Positions 28,428 to 37,677 of a stretch of DNA of 58,733 nucleotides are shown piece after piece. The position numbers and the translations under genes were made by a program. The notes beneath the pieces are model-generated. The model was not told the origin of the DNA. It searched no databases and saw nothing but the letters and a program-made list of their open reading frames with translations. Numbering within the stretch: position 1 is the first letter of the stretch; each line of letters begins with the position of its first letter. The stretch comes from a virus (lineage: Duplodnaviria; Caudoviricetes): positions 1 to 58,733 of the IMG/VR virus record IMGVR_UViG_3300046792_000073; one strand, given 5' to 3'.

Positions 28428-28621
28428 CCGGGTTCGTCGCCGGCGCCGGCGGGGTGCTGGCGTTCCTCGCCGCCAACCAGCAGCTAGGCGCGGTCGCCCA
28501 GTACGCCGGCCTTGCCCTGGCGGTCCTCGGCGCGGCCGGCGTCTACCGGGTGCCGAACGCGACGGGTAACGAACCGGCGACACGCGCCCCCGCGCCGGGC
28601 AGGCACCCCGCCGGATCGTAG
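28373..28621 (+). CDS. Holin
   Basis: RKGIAGFV, two transmembrane helices, GVYRVPN C-terminal motif; RBS ggagg. Confidence 0.8.
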   Translation: MGSIENDVSWVAAHRKGIAGFVAGAGGVLAFLAANQQLGAVAQYAGLALAVLGAAGVYRVPNATGNEPATRAPAPGRHPAGS

Positions 28622-28655
28622 ATCATAGGGGCATGATCTCCCCGGTGCCCGATCT

Positions 28656-29171
28656 GTGATCCTCGCCGCCGCCGTTGTCGCCGCGCCGCTGTCGGTGTCC
28701 ACGGTCCTGACCGTCGGCACGACCGTCCTGGTGGCGTTCCTCGCCGCCGGGTCCGCGCTCGGCGGCGTGGCCGCGTTCCGCACCGGCCGGACCAACGCCA
28801 TCGCCGCCTCGGCGGTCGCCCGCGCCGGCGAGGCCGAGGCGACCGCCGAAACATGGAAGGGCCGCCTTGACTCGGTGCAGGCCGAGTTCGACGCGTTCCG
28901 CACCCAGGCCGCCAAGGATCAGCAGCGCGACCGGGAACAGATCGCCATCGCCGAGCACGAGATCGGCACCCTGCGGGACAAGGTCGCGACCCTTGAGGGG
29001 CTCGTGACCGCCCGCCGGGAGATCGGTGAACTGCTCCACGTCGTCGCGGGGCTCTCACAGACAGCGGGGGAACTGCTCGCCACCGTCAAGAGCGACCACC
29101 AGCTACAGCAGCAGCAGCACCGGGAAATCCTCGCCGCCCTCGGGAGTCCACGCGATGACCACCACACCTAA
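28656..29171 (+). CDS. Membrane-anchored coiled-coil lysis accessory protein
   Basis: Transmembrane segments followed by a long heptad region, inside the lysis cassette. Confidence 0.7.
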   Translation: MILAAAVVAAPLSVSTVLTVGTTVLVAFLAAGSALGGVAAFRTGRTNAIAASAVARAGEAEATAETWKGRLDSVQAEFDAFRTQAAKDQQRDREQIAIAEHEIGTLRDKVATLEGLVTARREIGELLHVVAGLSQTAGELLATVKSDHQLQQQQHREILAALGSPRDDHHT

Positions 29172-29553
29172 CGGGACCGACTCGGCGAAACTGGCCGCCG
29201 ACCTGACCGAGATGGTGACCCGGTCCCGCCGGGTCCTGGCGGTGATCATCTTCACGCAGGGGGCGGTCCTGCTCGGCGCGGTGGTCGCGATCGTTCTGCT
29301 GTCGTTCGCCCTGGTCAAGGCCGAGCACCGGATCGCCCTCGACGAGCAGACCACCGCGACGGCGTTCTGCGACACGCAGTACACGATCGGGACGGCGCCG
29401 CTGCCGGCGGCGTCGGCGTCGAAGCTGGGCACCGAGTTCGTCGAGGCGTCCCGTAAGGCGTTCATCGTCCTGGGCTGCCCGGGGCGGCTGGGGCCGCCGT
29501 CGAAGGACCTGATCGAGTTGGGCCACAAGTACGACATCCCGATCAGGTACTGA
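29155..29553 (+). CDS. Single-pass membrane lysis accessory protein
   Basis: One transmembrane helix; FC...LGC cysteine pair in the external domain. Confidence 0.7.
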   Translation: MTTTPNGTDSAKLAADLTEMVTRSRRVLAVIIFTQGAVLLGAVVAIVLLSFALVKAEHRIALDEQTTATAFCDTQYTIGTAPLPAASASKLGTEFVEASRKAFIVLGCPGRLGPPSKDLIELGHKYDIPIRY

Positions 29554-29573
29554 TAAGCGTGTGGTTATCCGCG

Positions 29574-29741
29574 TTACCGGTGGCTGATCAGGGTGCCGAT
29601 CGCGTACCCGGCCAGGCACACCACGGCGGCGGGGAGGACCCAGGGAGGGGCGCCGAATCCGGCGCCGGCCTTGGCGAGCAGGTCGAGCAGGCCGAGCAGC
29701 AGGCCGCCGATCGCGCCGCCCCAGACGAGTATCAGGATCAT
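29574..29741 (-). CDS. Small two-helix membrane protein
   Basis: MILILVWGG...; start uncertain. Confidence 0.55.
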   Translation of the reverse strand: MILILVWGGAIGGLLLGLLDLLAKAGAGFGAPPWVLPAAVVCLAGYAIGTLISHR

Positions 29742-29944
29742 GCCCGGGGCCCTACCCGGCGGATGTGCCCTGAATCGCGCCAGGACGAACGCAGGGCGCC
29801 CGGGGTGGTGGACCCATCCAGTCACCCGGGCCGGGCCGTGATCGGCTGGGAGCGCCAACGGTGTGTTGACGGGCGGGCAGGTGTGGCGGGTGGGTACGGT
29901 CACAGGGCGGGTCCTGGCGCGCATGGGCGCCAGGACCCGTCTGG

Positions 29945-30271
29945 CTAGCTGGGCGGGGTGTCGTTGCCGATCAGCACGCACGGCTGTGAGCGGGGGCAGT
30001 TCGACGGGGTCAGGGCCGTGACCCCGTCCATGACCACGGTCCGCCGTGCCGGGGACTGGCCGAGCCAGTCGGCGAACGGTGACTCGCGGGTGGGGCCGGA
30101 CCCGCACGCCCGCAACCAGATCGAGGCGCCGTCGGGGCGGACCAGGCGCATCGTGTTGCACTCGGGGGCGGTGCGCCTGGCCGGGGTGGCGGCGGCGGGG
30201 ATGACCGCGGCGAGGCCGAGCGCGGCGGCCAGGCCGGCGGTCGCGGCGAGAACAGTGACGGTCCGGTGCAT
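29945..30271 (-). CDS. Secreted protein
   Basis: RBS ggagga; signal peptide ending PAAA; four Cys. Confidence 0.7.
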   Translation of the reverse strand: MHRTVTVLAATAGLAAALGLAAVIPAAATPARRTAPECNTMRLVRPDGASIWLRACGSGPTRESPFADWLGQSPARRTVVMDGVTALTPSNCPRSQPCVLIGNDTPPS

Positions 30272-30293
30272 GGTTCCTCCCTTGGCTGGGCGG

Positions 30294-30479
30294 TCACCGC
30301 TCGTCGGCGATCGCAAGGGTGAGCGTAACCGGGTTGGCGGCCAGGCCGACGGCGACGACCTCGGCGATCTGGTCGGGGCCGCCGTCGAGGGCGATGATGA
30401 TCTCGTCGCCGGGGTCGGGCAGGCCGGTGATGGGCAGGCCGTCGAGGCCCTCGCCGATGGTGATCGTGATCAGCCGCAT
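30294..30479 (-). CDS. Hypothetical protein
   Basis: Coupled ORF MRLITITIG... Confidence 0.55.
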   Translation of the reverse strand: MRLITITIGEGLDGLPITGLPDPGDEIIIALDGGPDQIAEVVAVGLAANPVTLTLAIADER

Positions 30480-30832
30480 GAGGCCTGCCAGCGCTGGTAG
30501 CGGATCAGGACGGCGGCGTCGCCGTGAACGGGCAGGCCGCCGTCGAGGTAGACGTCGAGACTGCCGTCGCTGATCGCGGCGCCCAGTTCGCGCAGATCCG
30601 CGTAACACGGCCAGCAGGCGTCCAGCCACGCCGCCGCGCCGACGAGATCCGACGGGCCGTAGATCAGTGCGGCCGACGCCGGCCGGCCGCACAGCGAGCA
30701 GGGCAGGCCGAGGGCGGCGCGGGCGTGCATCGCCCGGCACCGCCACGGCTCCCCGTCCACGGCCGGGGGGATCGCGGGCAGCCGGCCGATCAGGGCGAAC
30801 AGGGCGTGCAGTGTCGCCCGGGGATCGGTCAC
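30470..30832 (-). CDS. Zinc-finger-like hypothetical protein
   Basis: CSLC...CWPC. Confidence 0.6.
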   Translation of the reverse strand: MTDPRATLHALFALIGRLPAIPPAVDGEPWRCRAMHARAALGLPCSLCGRPASAALIYGPSDLVGAAAWLDACWPCYADLRELGAAISDGSLDVYLDGGLPVHGDAAVLIRYQRWQASCG

Positions 30833-31392
30833 GCCAGGCCCAGGTGCAGGACGCACTCGACGAGGCCGGCGGCGATCAGCACACACCAGGCGATCTCGCC
30901 CCAGCCGCCGACCTTGCACCGCAACCAACCGGGCAGGCCGTGGACCAGTCCCGGCAACGGCCACAGCAGGGCGATCGGCTGCCGGTTGGTGAGGTCGAGC
31001 GCCAGGTGGGACCACCAGCCGATCAGCACCCCCGCCGGCCACGCCAGCGGCCACGCGGGCCAGAACGCCGCCGGGACTGCCCAGGCCCCGGCGGCGATCA
31101 GGCCCCCCACGAGGGAATGGAACGGGCCGCGCCGGTGGGAACCGAACCGGGTCACGACCCAGGAGGCGACCCGTTTCGCCGGGTGCCGGCGGACGGTGAA
31201 CTGGCGGGCCAGCGGCCCCTTGCCGAGCTTGCGGCGCCGCGACCAGGTCCCGAGATTGTCAAGGTCGGGCCAGGGGGCGGACAGGAACGCCATCCCCGCC
31301 ATGCCGAGCACGCTGGCCGCACCGGGGCGGACGGCGAGGGACACGCCGAGCGCGGCGAGGACCGCCCCCGCGCAGTGGGTTGCCGCCCTCAC
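30829..31392 (-). CDS. Membrane metal-dependent hydrolase (YdjM/DUF457-like)
   Basis: TH, PDLD, HRRGPFHSL, SHLALD, LLWP motifs. Confidence 0.85.
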   Translation of the reverse strand: MRAATHCAGAVLAALGVSLAVRPGAASVLGMAGMAFLSAPWPDLDNLGTWSRRRKLGKGPLARQFTVRRHPAKRVASWVVTRFGSHRRGPFHSLVGGLIAAGAWAVPAAFWPAWPLAWPAGVLIGWWSHLALDLTNRQPIALLWPLPGLVHGLPGWLRCKVGGWGEIAWCVLIAAGLVECVLHLGLA

Positions 31393-31769
31393 TGCTGGCA
31401 CCCCGCGACCCACCGGGCGCCCATCCTGGTCCACCGGCACTGGGGCTTGGCCGCAAGCTCGGCGGCGGTCCGGGTTGTCCCGTCAGTCATCATCCCCGGG
31501 TAGGCGACCGCGCCCGCGCTGGTCAATGTCACCAGGCCCTGGCAGTGCTGGCAGACGGCGCCGGTGAGCAGTTTGCGGGCGAGGGCGTCGGCCGCCTCGA
31601 CCGGGCCGGGCTGGTCGTCAGCGCTGATCCGGGCGCCCCGATACTGGGCGTAGGCGTACCAGCCGTGCGGGGGATCGTCGCTGAGATAGCCGATCTGAAA
31701 CGCTGTTGCCCCGGTGCGGCTGACCAGGCCGGCGCAGGCCTTGACGGCGTCCTCGTCGAGCGCTGGCAT
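31389..31769 (-). CDS. Hypothetical protein (CxxC)
   Basis: Coupled ORF; CQHC and two further C-terminal Cys. Confidence 0.65.
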   Translation of the reverse strand: MPALDEDAVKACAGLVSRTGATAFQIGYLSDDPPHGWYAYAQYRGARISADDQPGPVEAADALARKLLTGAVCQHCQGLVTLTSAGAVAYPGMMTDGTTRTAAELAAKPQCRWTRMGARWVAGCQQ

Positions 31770-31770
31770 G

Positions 31771-31923
31771 TCAGCCGCCTTCGGGGTTGCGGACCACGTC
31801 CACGGCCGCCACGCCGAACCCGGGATGACCGGCGGCCGGGCACAACCGCAGGCCGGTCTCGGCCCACCGGTCAACGTGGGCGGCATCGGCCGCGGTGACG
31901 GTGATCAGGTAGATGACGGTCAT
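31771..31923 (-). CDS. Small hypothetical protein (50 aa)
   Basis: Read by eye: MTVIYLITV...; preceded by GAGAGAGGAACCGC. Confidence 0.6.
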   Translation of the reverse strand: MTVIYLITVTAADAAHVDRWAETGLRLCPAAGHPGFGVAAVDVVRNPEGG

Positions 31924-31944
31924 TGTCGCGGTTCCTCTCTCGGG

Positions 31945-32145
31945 TCAGGCCAGGTGCCAGATGTAGGCGCGGGCCTTGTCGTTGTAGATGCGGGTGACCT
32001 TCCCGGCGCGCATCAGCCGGTTGAGGACGACTCGCATGCTGCGGACGTTCGCCCCGGTCGTGGGCCGGTCGAGAGCGCGGACGATGGCGCGGGCGTCGCG
32101 GGGCCGGTCGCGCAGCACCGCCAGGACCCGGTCGCCCTCGGTCAT
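31945..32145 (-). CDS. Winged-HTH DNA-binding protein
   Basis: VLAVL...ARAIVRAL...SMRVVLNRLMRAGKVTR...YIW (BlaI/MarR-like). Confidence 0.75.
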   Translation of the reverse strand: MTEGDRVLAVLRDRPRDARAIVRALDRPTTGANVRSMRVVLNRLMRAGKVTRIYNDKARAYIWHLA

Positions 32146-32423
32146 AGCTCGCCCTCGCCGGCGATCTCGCCGCCGTCGAGCAGCCGCCACGCCAGGCCGG
32201 GCATCGCCGGGTCCCGGTAGATCTCAACCTGCCGGTATGTCAGGCCCTCCCCTTCGGCGAGCGGGACGGCGGGGACGATCGACCCGCCGTGGCCGGCGTC
32301 GAGGGATGCGGCGGTCAGCCGGTCGTGGGCGCCTTGGCCGCAGAACAGGATCAGCCGGCCCGTGGCGTCTTCGGCTTTGCGCCGGGCTTTAACCAGGGCT
32401 GCCAGGTCGGCGAGGGCGGTCAC
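32142..32423 (-). CDS. Hypothetical protein
   Basis: Coupled at both ends. Confidence 0.6.
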   Translation of the reverse strand: MTALADLAALVKARRKAEDATGRLILFCGQGAHDRLTAASLDAGHGGSIVPAVPLAEGEGLTYRQVEIYRDPAMPGLAWRLLDGGEIAGEGEL

Positions 32424-33109
32424 AGTTCCACCCACCGGACGCGGGGGACATCGGGGGCCGGCAACGGTGCGGGGAGGCGCCGCACGGCGGTCTGGACGCT
32501 GTCGGCGGGATCGTGACAGTAGCAGTACATGTGCTCGCGCAGGTAATGCTCGCCGGCCGGATCCAGATGCGGCCGGACCTGGGCACGCCAGGCCCGGTCC
32601 TCGGGAAAAGCGCCAGTGTCGAACCGGCCGAGGCGGGCGAGTTCGGTGCGCAGCGGCTGAATGTGGGTCAGGTCGCAGGTGATGCGCCCGCCGGGCAGTT
32701 GGGACCAGCCGTCGTAACGCAAGGACAGGTCCGCCTCGCCGGTGACCGTCCACCCGGGGCCGGGGCCGGTGAGCCACATTGGGAAGCTGACGATCTGCGG
32801 GGCGTGCAAGGTCAGGGCGGCGGCGATCTCGGTCACGAACGTGTGCGGGACGGTGTCGTCGTCATCGACGAAGCTGGCCCATTCGCCGGCGGCGCTGTCA
32901 AGCAGCCGTTGACGGTAGGCGCCGATCGGGTGCTCGCCGTTGTTCCGCAGTGCGACGACCTCGACCGCGGCGCCTGCGAGTTGCCCGTGGATGCTGCGCC
33001 AGTCATCCCATTCGGCGGCCTGCGCGGCCAGGCCCCGGGCGAGGGCGGTGAACTTGGCCTGCCGGGCGTCGAGGGTCGCGATCAGGATCGACCATATCGG
33101 CGGGGTCAT
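32420..33109 (-). CDS. Glycosyltransferase family 2
   Basis: WSILIAT, IGAYRQ, FVDDDD, ED..W. Confidence 0.88.
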   Translation of the reverse strand: MTPPIWSILIATLDARQAKFTALARGLAAQAAEWDDWRSIHGQLAGAAVEVVALRNNGEHPIGAYRQRLLDSAAGEWASFVDDDDTVPHTFVTEIAAALTLHAPQIVSFPMWLTGPGPGWTVTGEADLSLRYDGWSQLPGGRITCDLTHIQPLRTELARLGRFDTGAFPEDRAWRAQVRPHLDPAGEHYLREHMYCYCHDPADSVQTAVRRLPAPLPAPDVPRVRWVEL

Positions 33110-33318
33110 GATTCTGGCCTGACCGGATCGGGCCAGATGCGGAACGCGGACACGTCACGCATGTCGCGGCCGAGGAAACAGGCGACGACGTTGCGTATCC
33201 GCTCGGGCCGCAGCGCGGGCAGCGGGTCGCCGTGCGCGAACACGCCTTGCACGAGGACCCGGCTGCTGCCGTCGTCGAGCAACTCGACGTCGAGGACGAC
33301 GCTGACGATCTCGGTCAT
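33106..33318 (-). CDS. Hypothetical protein
   Basis: Coupled at both ends. Confidence 0.6.
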   Translation of the reverse strand: MTEIVSVVLDVELLDDGSSRVLVQGVFAHGDPLPALRPERIRNVVACFLGRDMRDVSAFRIWPDPVRPES

Positions 33319-33890
33319 AGGTCGATCACGCCCATACCGTAGAACCCGGGCCGTGACCGCAGGTTCCGCCAGGACAGCTTGAACCGGGCACAAAAGTCGT
33401 CGAGGGCTTGCGTGACCGGGCCGCCGGGCTCGGGGAGGGACACGTCGCCGGTGTCCCATTGGGTGTCGTGGCACATGATCACGCCGCCGTCGCGCATCCT
33501 CGGCAGGTAGGCGGTCAGTTCGGCGAGGGTCTGGGCGTAGGTGTGGGACGTGTCGATGAACAGCAGGTCGAGCAGTGGCGGCAGGAACGCCTGAGCTTGC
33601 GCCGACACCGAGTCGCACTGGGCGAACCGCCAGCCCGGGTCCTGATGCCAGATCTGGGGCACGTCCGGGGCGTTGACGTCCACCGACCAGACCCGGCCCT
33701 TGGCCCAGTGGGCGCCCAGAAGCAGGGCGGCGGTCGAGTTCCCGGCCCTGACGCCGAGTTCGGCGATGATCGGGTGTTTCGTCGCGGCGAGCATCAGGGC
33801 AGGCATGTGGTCCTGGATGTCGGACCATGCGGCGAGCTTGTCCCGGTAGGTGTTCTCTCGCCAGACCAGGGAGAACGGCTCGCCGGTCAC
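33315..33890 (-). CDS. Class I SAM methyltransferase (Methyltransf_24-like)
   Basis: ELGVRAGNST, VWSVD, LFIDTSHTY, GGVIMCHD. Confidence 0.9.
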   Translation of the reverse strand: MTGEPFSLVWRENTYRDKLAAWSDIQDHMPALMLAATKHPIIAELGVRAGNSTAALLLGAHWAKGRVWSVDVNAPDVPQIWHQDPGWRFAQCDSVSAQAQAFLPPLLDLLFIDTSHTYAQTLAELTAYLPRMRDGGVIMCHDTQWDTGDVSLPEPGGPVTQALDDFCARFKLSWRNLRSRPGFYGMGVIDL

Positions 33891-34630
33891 CGGGCACCGG
33901 CCAGTGCGCGGATCCGGGCGGCGGCGGCGTCGAGGGCGTCGCCGCGCCACGCCTGATAGGCGACGTGGTCGAGGCCGGTGGACCAGGTCGCCTGCGCGTC
34001 CTCATAGGTCTGATCCCAGAGCCAGCCGGCGCGGCCACCGGACCCGGCCGGGTGGTGGTGGCGGACGATCACGTCGGGCATGTACCGGATCTGGCCGGTG
34101 CGCTCGCCGAGGTCACGCCAGGCGTTGTCGATGTAGTAGTGGGCCAGGGCCGGCGGGCACATGTAGCCGAGCGCGGCGGGGATCTCGGCGGACATCACCG
34201 GCGCCGTGGGGAGCGCCTCACCTTGCAACGTGTCGTTGCCGTAGGCGATGCCGATAGCGCCGGGCAGGGAGCAGATCCCGGCGATCAGCTTGGTGTCCCA
34301 GCCGTGGGTTAGCGGTTCGTGGTCGTCGCCGAGGGAGGCGACGAACTGGGCGCAGCCGTCGAGGTTGACGGCAAACCTGTTGGTCCAGGCGGCGAGTGTC
34401 ATCCGGGGGGCGACCTCGATCACCGTGTCGCGGATGATCGGCTGCAGGTCGTCGTCGTGCGGCGGGTAGAGCAGGCCGAGGTACTCGTCGAGGGCGGGGT
34501 CGTCGTCGTCGAGGCCGACAGCGAGCATGACCCGGGCCGTGCTGTTGCGGGCGAGGGCGGCGATCAGCCGGCGCAGCCCGGCGGGCCGTCCCCGGGTCGG
34601 GGTGATGACCGCCAGGTCCCAGTCAGTCAT
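33887..34630 (-). CDS. Glycosyltransferase family 2
   Basis: VITPTRGRP, LDDDDP, LGDDH, HYYIDN, VRHHHP. Confidence 0.88.
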   Translation of the reverse strand: MTDWDLAVITPTRGRPAGLRRLIAALARNSTARVMLAVGLDDDDPALDEYLGLLYPPHDDDLQPIIRDTVIEVAPRMTLAAWTNRFAVNLDGCAQFVASLGDDHEPLTHGWDTKLIAGICSLPGAIGIAYGNDTLQGEALPTAPVMSAEIPAALGYMCPPALAHYYIDNAWRDLGERTGQIRYMPDVIVRHHHPAGSGGRAGWLWDQTYEDAQATWSTGLDHVAYQAWRGDALDAAAARIRALAGAR

Positions 34631-35093
34631 CGCCGTCCCCGGGTTCGCCGGCGGCGGCGTCCTCACCGAGCTTGCCGGCCAGTGTCTGGTGCAGTAGCTC
34701 ATACATGCCGGCGATGGCGTCGTCGGTGGTGTGGTCGCCGCATTTCTGCCCGCCGGGCAGATCCGCGCAACCCGGGCAATACTCGCCCTGGTCGCGGCGG
34801 TAGTCGGCGGCGTCCTCAAGGGCGGACAGGATCTCGCGGATGTCCTGGTCGGTGATCGTGTGCGTGACCGGCGCCGGGGTGAACCCGGGGTCGTAGTAGG
34901 CCAGGACGTTGACCAGGGGGACCGGGCCGGTGAACAGCCAGTCCACGGCGACGACGGTCGCGATCGCGCGGTCGTCACCGGGGAGGCCCAGGTGGTCGCC
35001 GGCGCGGGGTACGGGCAGCCGCTCGGCGTGGTAGGTGGGCCGCTCGGGCCAGCCGCCGCTGGTGGCGTCGGCGACGTAAATGTCGAGGTTCAC
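34623..35093 (-). CDS. Hypothetical protein
   Basis: Coupled ORF; VPRAGD and CPGC...C..H. Confidence 0.6.
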   Translation of the reverse strand: MNLDIYVADATSGGWPERPTYHAERLPVPRAGDHLGLPGDDRAIATVVAVDWLFTGPVPLVNVLAYYDPGFTPAPVTHTITDQDIREILSALEDAADYRRDQGEYCPGCADLPGGQKCGDHTTDDAIAGMYELLHQTLAGKLGEDAAAGEPGDGDD

Positions 35094-35404
35094 TGGGCGC
35101 GGTTCCCGTTCCGGGCGGCGATCTTGTCGGCGGCGATCTGCTGGGCGGCCCGGTTGATCGTCGAGCAGGCGGCGGTCAGCATCGTCCGGCCCAGGGCCGC
35201 CGACGCCGGCGGGATCCAGCCGATGACCCGGCCGAGGGTGATGACCGGCTCGCCGGCGCCGAGGTCGGTGACGGTGCGGGCGTCGATCTCGACCACCAGC
35301 AGCGTCGTCGGCAGCAGGCCCTCGACGTCGGCGGGGTCGAACTTGGCGCCGTCTGGTTTGCGCAGGGCGACGGTCGCGGTGAGGTCCTCGGGTACTGCGG
35401 TCAT
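35090..35404 (-). CDS. Hypothetical protein
   Basis: RBS gagaggaac. Confidence 0.65.
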   Translation of the reverse strand: MTAVPEDLTATVALRKPDGAKFDPADVEGLLPTTLLVVEIDARTVTDLGAGEPVITLGRVIGWIPPASAALGRTMLTAACSTINRAAQQIAADKIAARNGNRAQ

Positions 35405-35622
35405 GGGCGTGTTCCTCTCGTGTTGCGCCGGTCGTAGGCGGCGATGACCGCCTGGCGGCGGCGCGGGTCGGGTTTGGCGAGCCACGCTTGCATGGCTGCG
35501 ATGATCTCAAGGCGGGACGTGGACCCGCACGATTGGGCGAGGACGGCGATCTGGTCCTTGAGCGGGACGGGGAGGTCGATCAGGGTCTTGGCGATCCCCG
35601 GCTGCGCCTTGGCGCCCATCAC
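35401..35622 (-). CDS. Ribbon-helix-helix DNA-binding protein
   Basis: KTLIDLPVPLKDQIAVLA...S...EIIAAM, Arc/CopG-like pattern. Confidence 0.7.
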   Translation of the reverse strand: MMGAKAQPGIAKTLIDLPVPLKDQIAVLAQSCGSTSRLEIIAAMQAWLAKPDPRRRQAVIAAYDRRNTRGTRP

Positions 35623-36245
35623 CGGCCCCCGGTCGTGGCGATGTCGGCGAGGATCTTCGCCCGGATCTGCGCGACCTGGGCACCGGTCAGGTCGCGCAGT
35701 CCCTCGGTCACGGCGGTTGCGATCAGGGCGTCGATGACGGGGACGGCCATCCGGCCCCGGGCGGCAGCCGTCGGGGAGGGATCGCGTAGCTGCCGCTGCA
35801 CTTCGGCGACGATCAACTGGGCGAGAGTCAGGTCCTGCCGGCTGGCGTCGCCGGTGAGCCGGGAGCGGGGCATGGCGAGCGCCTCGGCGACGAGGCGGGC
35901 AGCTTCGGCGGCGAGCCGGTCGAGCAGGATGTCCTCGACCTGCTGGCGGATGTCGTCGAGGTCGGGCATGGCCCGGTGGACGATCTGCGAGGCGACCAGG
36001 TGACCGAGGGTCAGGCCCTCGCGGTGTTCGTCGTCGCCGGGCCAGATCACCGACCCGAGGGCGATCTCCATGGTGGCGGTGACCTGGCCGAGCCCGGCCC
36101 GCACCGGCAGGACGGGGTCCTCGCCGATGAGGGCGAGCAGGGCGTCAGCGTGATCGATGCCCGGGTCGCCCAGGTGGGCGCTCCCGGCGTCGTCGCGCCA
36201 GGACTGGGCGAGGTCGCGCAACTGGCCGAGCAGGTTGTCAGGCAT
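35619..36245 (-). CDS. Hypothetical protein
   Basis: Coupled helical ORF. Confidence 0.7.
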   Translation of the reverse strand: MPDNLLGQLRDLAQSWRDDAGSAHLGDPGIDHADALLALIGEDPVLPVRAGLGQVTATMEIALGSVIWPGDDEHREGLTLGHLVASQIVHRAMPDLDDIRQQVEDILLDRLAAEAARLVAEALAMPRSRLTGDASRQDLTLAQLIVAEVQRQLRDPSPTAAARGRMAVPVIDALIATAVTEGLRDLTGAQVAQIRAKILADIATTGGR

Positions 36246-36633
36246 GGGGATGGATTCCTTCCGGGGGGACGGTCAGATGCGGGCACGGTTCAAGACCGCC
36301 GTGGTCGTCGAGGACGAACCACCCGGTACGGGCCGGGAACCGGCCGATCGCGGGCTGCCAGTACAGCACCGGCTCGACCAGGGTGTCGGTGCGTTTGCGG
36401 TGCCGGGACACGATGTAGCCGAGGTCGCGGGCCAGGCGGGCGTGCCGGTGGGCGAGGCCGTGGCAGCCGGGGGGGACGTTGCCGGTGCCGCAGAGCAGCA
36501 GCCGGTTCGACAGCCGGTTGTCGGCCCGGTTGCCGAGGATACGGTGATGCACGGCGAACGGGGGGACCGGGGTTCCGCAGCCGACACAGCGCCGGTCGCG
36601 GGTCGCAAGCTGGGTATCGATCACGGCAGCCAC
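36238..36633 (-). CDS. HNH endonuclease
   Basis: RD..CVGC, HHR, SN.LLLCG...GCH..AH. Confidence 0.85.
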   Translation of the reverse strand: MAAVIDTQLATRDRRCVGCGTPVPPFAVHHRILGNRADNRLSNRLLLCGTGNVPPGCHGLAHRHARLARDLGYIVSRHRKRTDTLVEPVLYWQPAIGRFPARTGWFVLDDHGGLEPCPHLTVPPEGIHPHA

Positions 36634-36923
36634 CCGGGGGAGTCGGGGACATCGGGCAGGTCGGCGAGGTCGATCAGCTTGGCGGCAAGCTCGTCAAGCT
36701 CGCCGCGCAGGTGTGGGGGGATCATCATCCGGTGCACATCCGGTGACCGCATACCGCACGAATGCTGCACGTACTCACCGGTCCGGCTCGTGGTCGTCAC
36801 GGTGACGCCGAGGACCAGCGTGTCGTCGTCCATGCCGTCGAGGATCGCCGTCGTCAGCACCGCGATAGCCGTCAGCCGGCGCCGGCCGTTAACCGTTGAG
36901 GGCCGGGGAACTGGTACCGGCAT
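36621..36923 (-). CDS. Hypothetical protein
   Basis: RBS aaggag. Confidence 0.55.
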   Translation of the reverse strand: MPVPVPRPSTVNGRRRLTAIAVLTTAILDGMDDDTLVLGVTVTTTSRTGEYVQHSCGMRSPDVHRMMIPPHLRGELDELAAKLIDLADLPDVPDSPGWLP

Positions 36924-37338
36924 CACCGGCGACTCCTTCCGTGCAACCGCAGGGGAACCGGCCCCGCACCCGCGCCGACCCCCGGTCGCCGAGATCGACG
37001 GTCTGGCAGGTGATCGGCCCTTGCCTGGTACATGGGCCTTGGGGGTGGCGTTTGTGCCGGCAGCGCGGGCACCGGAACGCGTCGGCGTCGGGACAGTCGG
37101 CGTAGTGGGACCGGCCGCGGTGCTCGCGGCCGGCAAGCTGCTCGCCCTCGACGAGCGACCGCCACCGCAGCCGTCCCGAGCCGTCGCGCCAGACCGCCAG
37201 GTTGCCCTCGTGGGTGCACGCCTCCCCCGGCCCGGGGCACGGGCGCGGCCGGGTGATCGGGTGCCGGTGGGTGCCGTCGGGCCAGGTCGCCCAGTCAATG
37301 ACTGCTTGACACGTTTCGCCCTGGCAGATCGACGCCAT
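36889..37338 (-). CDS. Cys-rich zinc-binding protein
   Basis: C...C..I.W, GN, HYADCPDA, CPRCRH..H, further Cys. Confidence 0.65.
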   Translation of the reverse strand: MASICQGETCQAVIDWATWPDGTHRHPITRPRPCPGPGEACTHEGNLAVWRDGSGRLRWRSLVEGEQLAGREHRGRSHYADCPDADAFRCPRCRHKRHPQGPCTRQGPITCQTVDLGDRGSARVRGRFPCGCTEGVAGDAGTSSPALNG

Positions 37339-37434
37339 GTCATCCGCCTGGCCTGTCGAGCCGGCGATCCTCGTCGAGCAGGACGCCGCGCCGGCGCCAG
37401 ACCCAGCGGCTGACGATGGCGCGGATCGCGCGGA

Positions 37435-37677
37435 TCATGACGGAACCTCGACGTCGTAGTCGCCGGCCTTGACCTGCTCGACGAACCGCGCCCACTCGGC
37501 GCGCGAGATCGGGATGCCGGTGACCAGCCGCCCGGCTGGCCCGTGGGCCTGGATGGGCCGCCGGCCAGGGTCGGCGGCGGCGAGCATCATCGCCTGGTGC
37601 TCGTGGTCGGGGCGCACAGGGCCGGCGGGGGCGTAGATGAGGAACGGGTCCGCGTCGGTCCAGCCGGTGATCGTCAT
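37435..37677 (-). CDS. Hypothetical protein with DUF397-like C-terminus
   Basis: ISRAEWARFVEQVKAGDYD. Confidence 0.55.
   Translation of the reverse strand: MTITGWTDADPFLIYAPAGPVRPDHEHQAMMLAAADPGRRPIQAHGPAGRLVTGIPISRAEWARFVEQVKAGDYDVEVPS

Noticed and set aside
37435-37677. DUF397-HTH toxin-antitoxin pair
   Set aside because: Only the C-terminal motif is present; the WRKSS and CVE motifs and an Xre partner are missing
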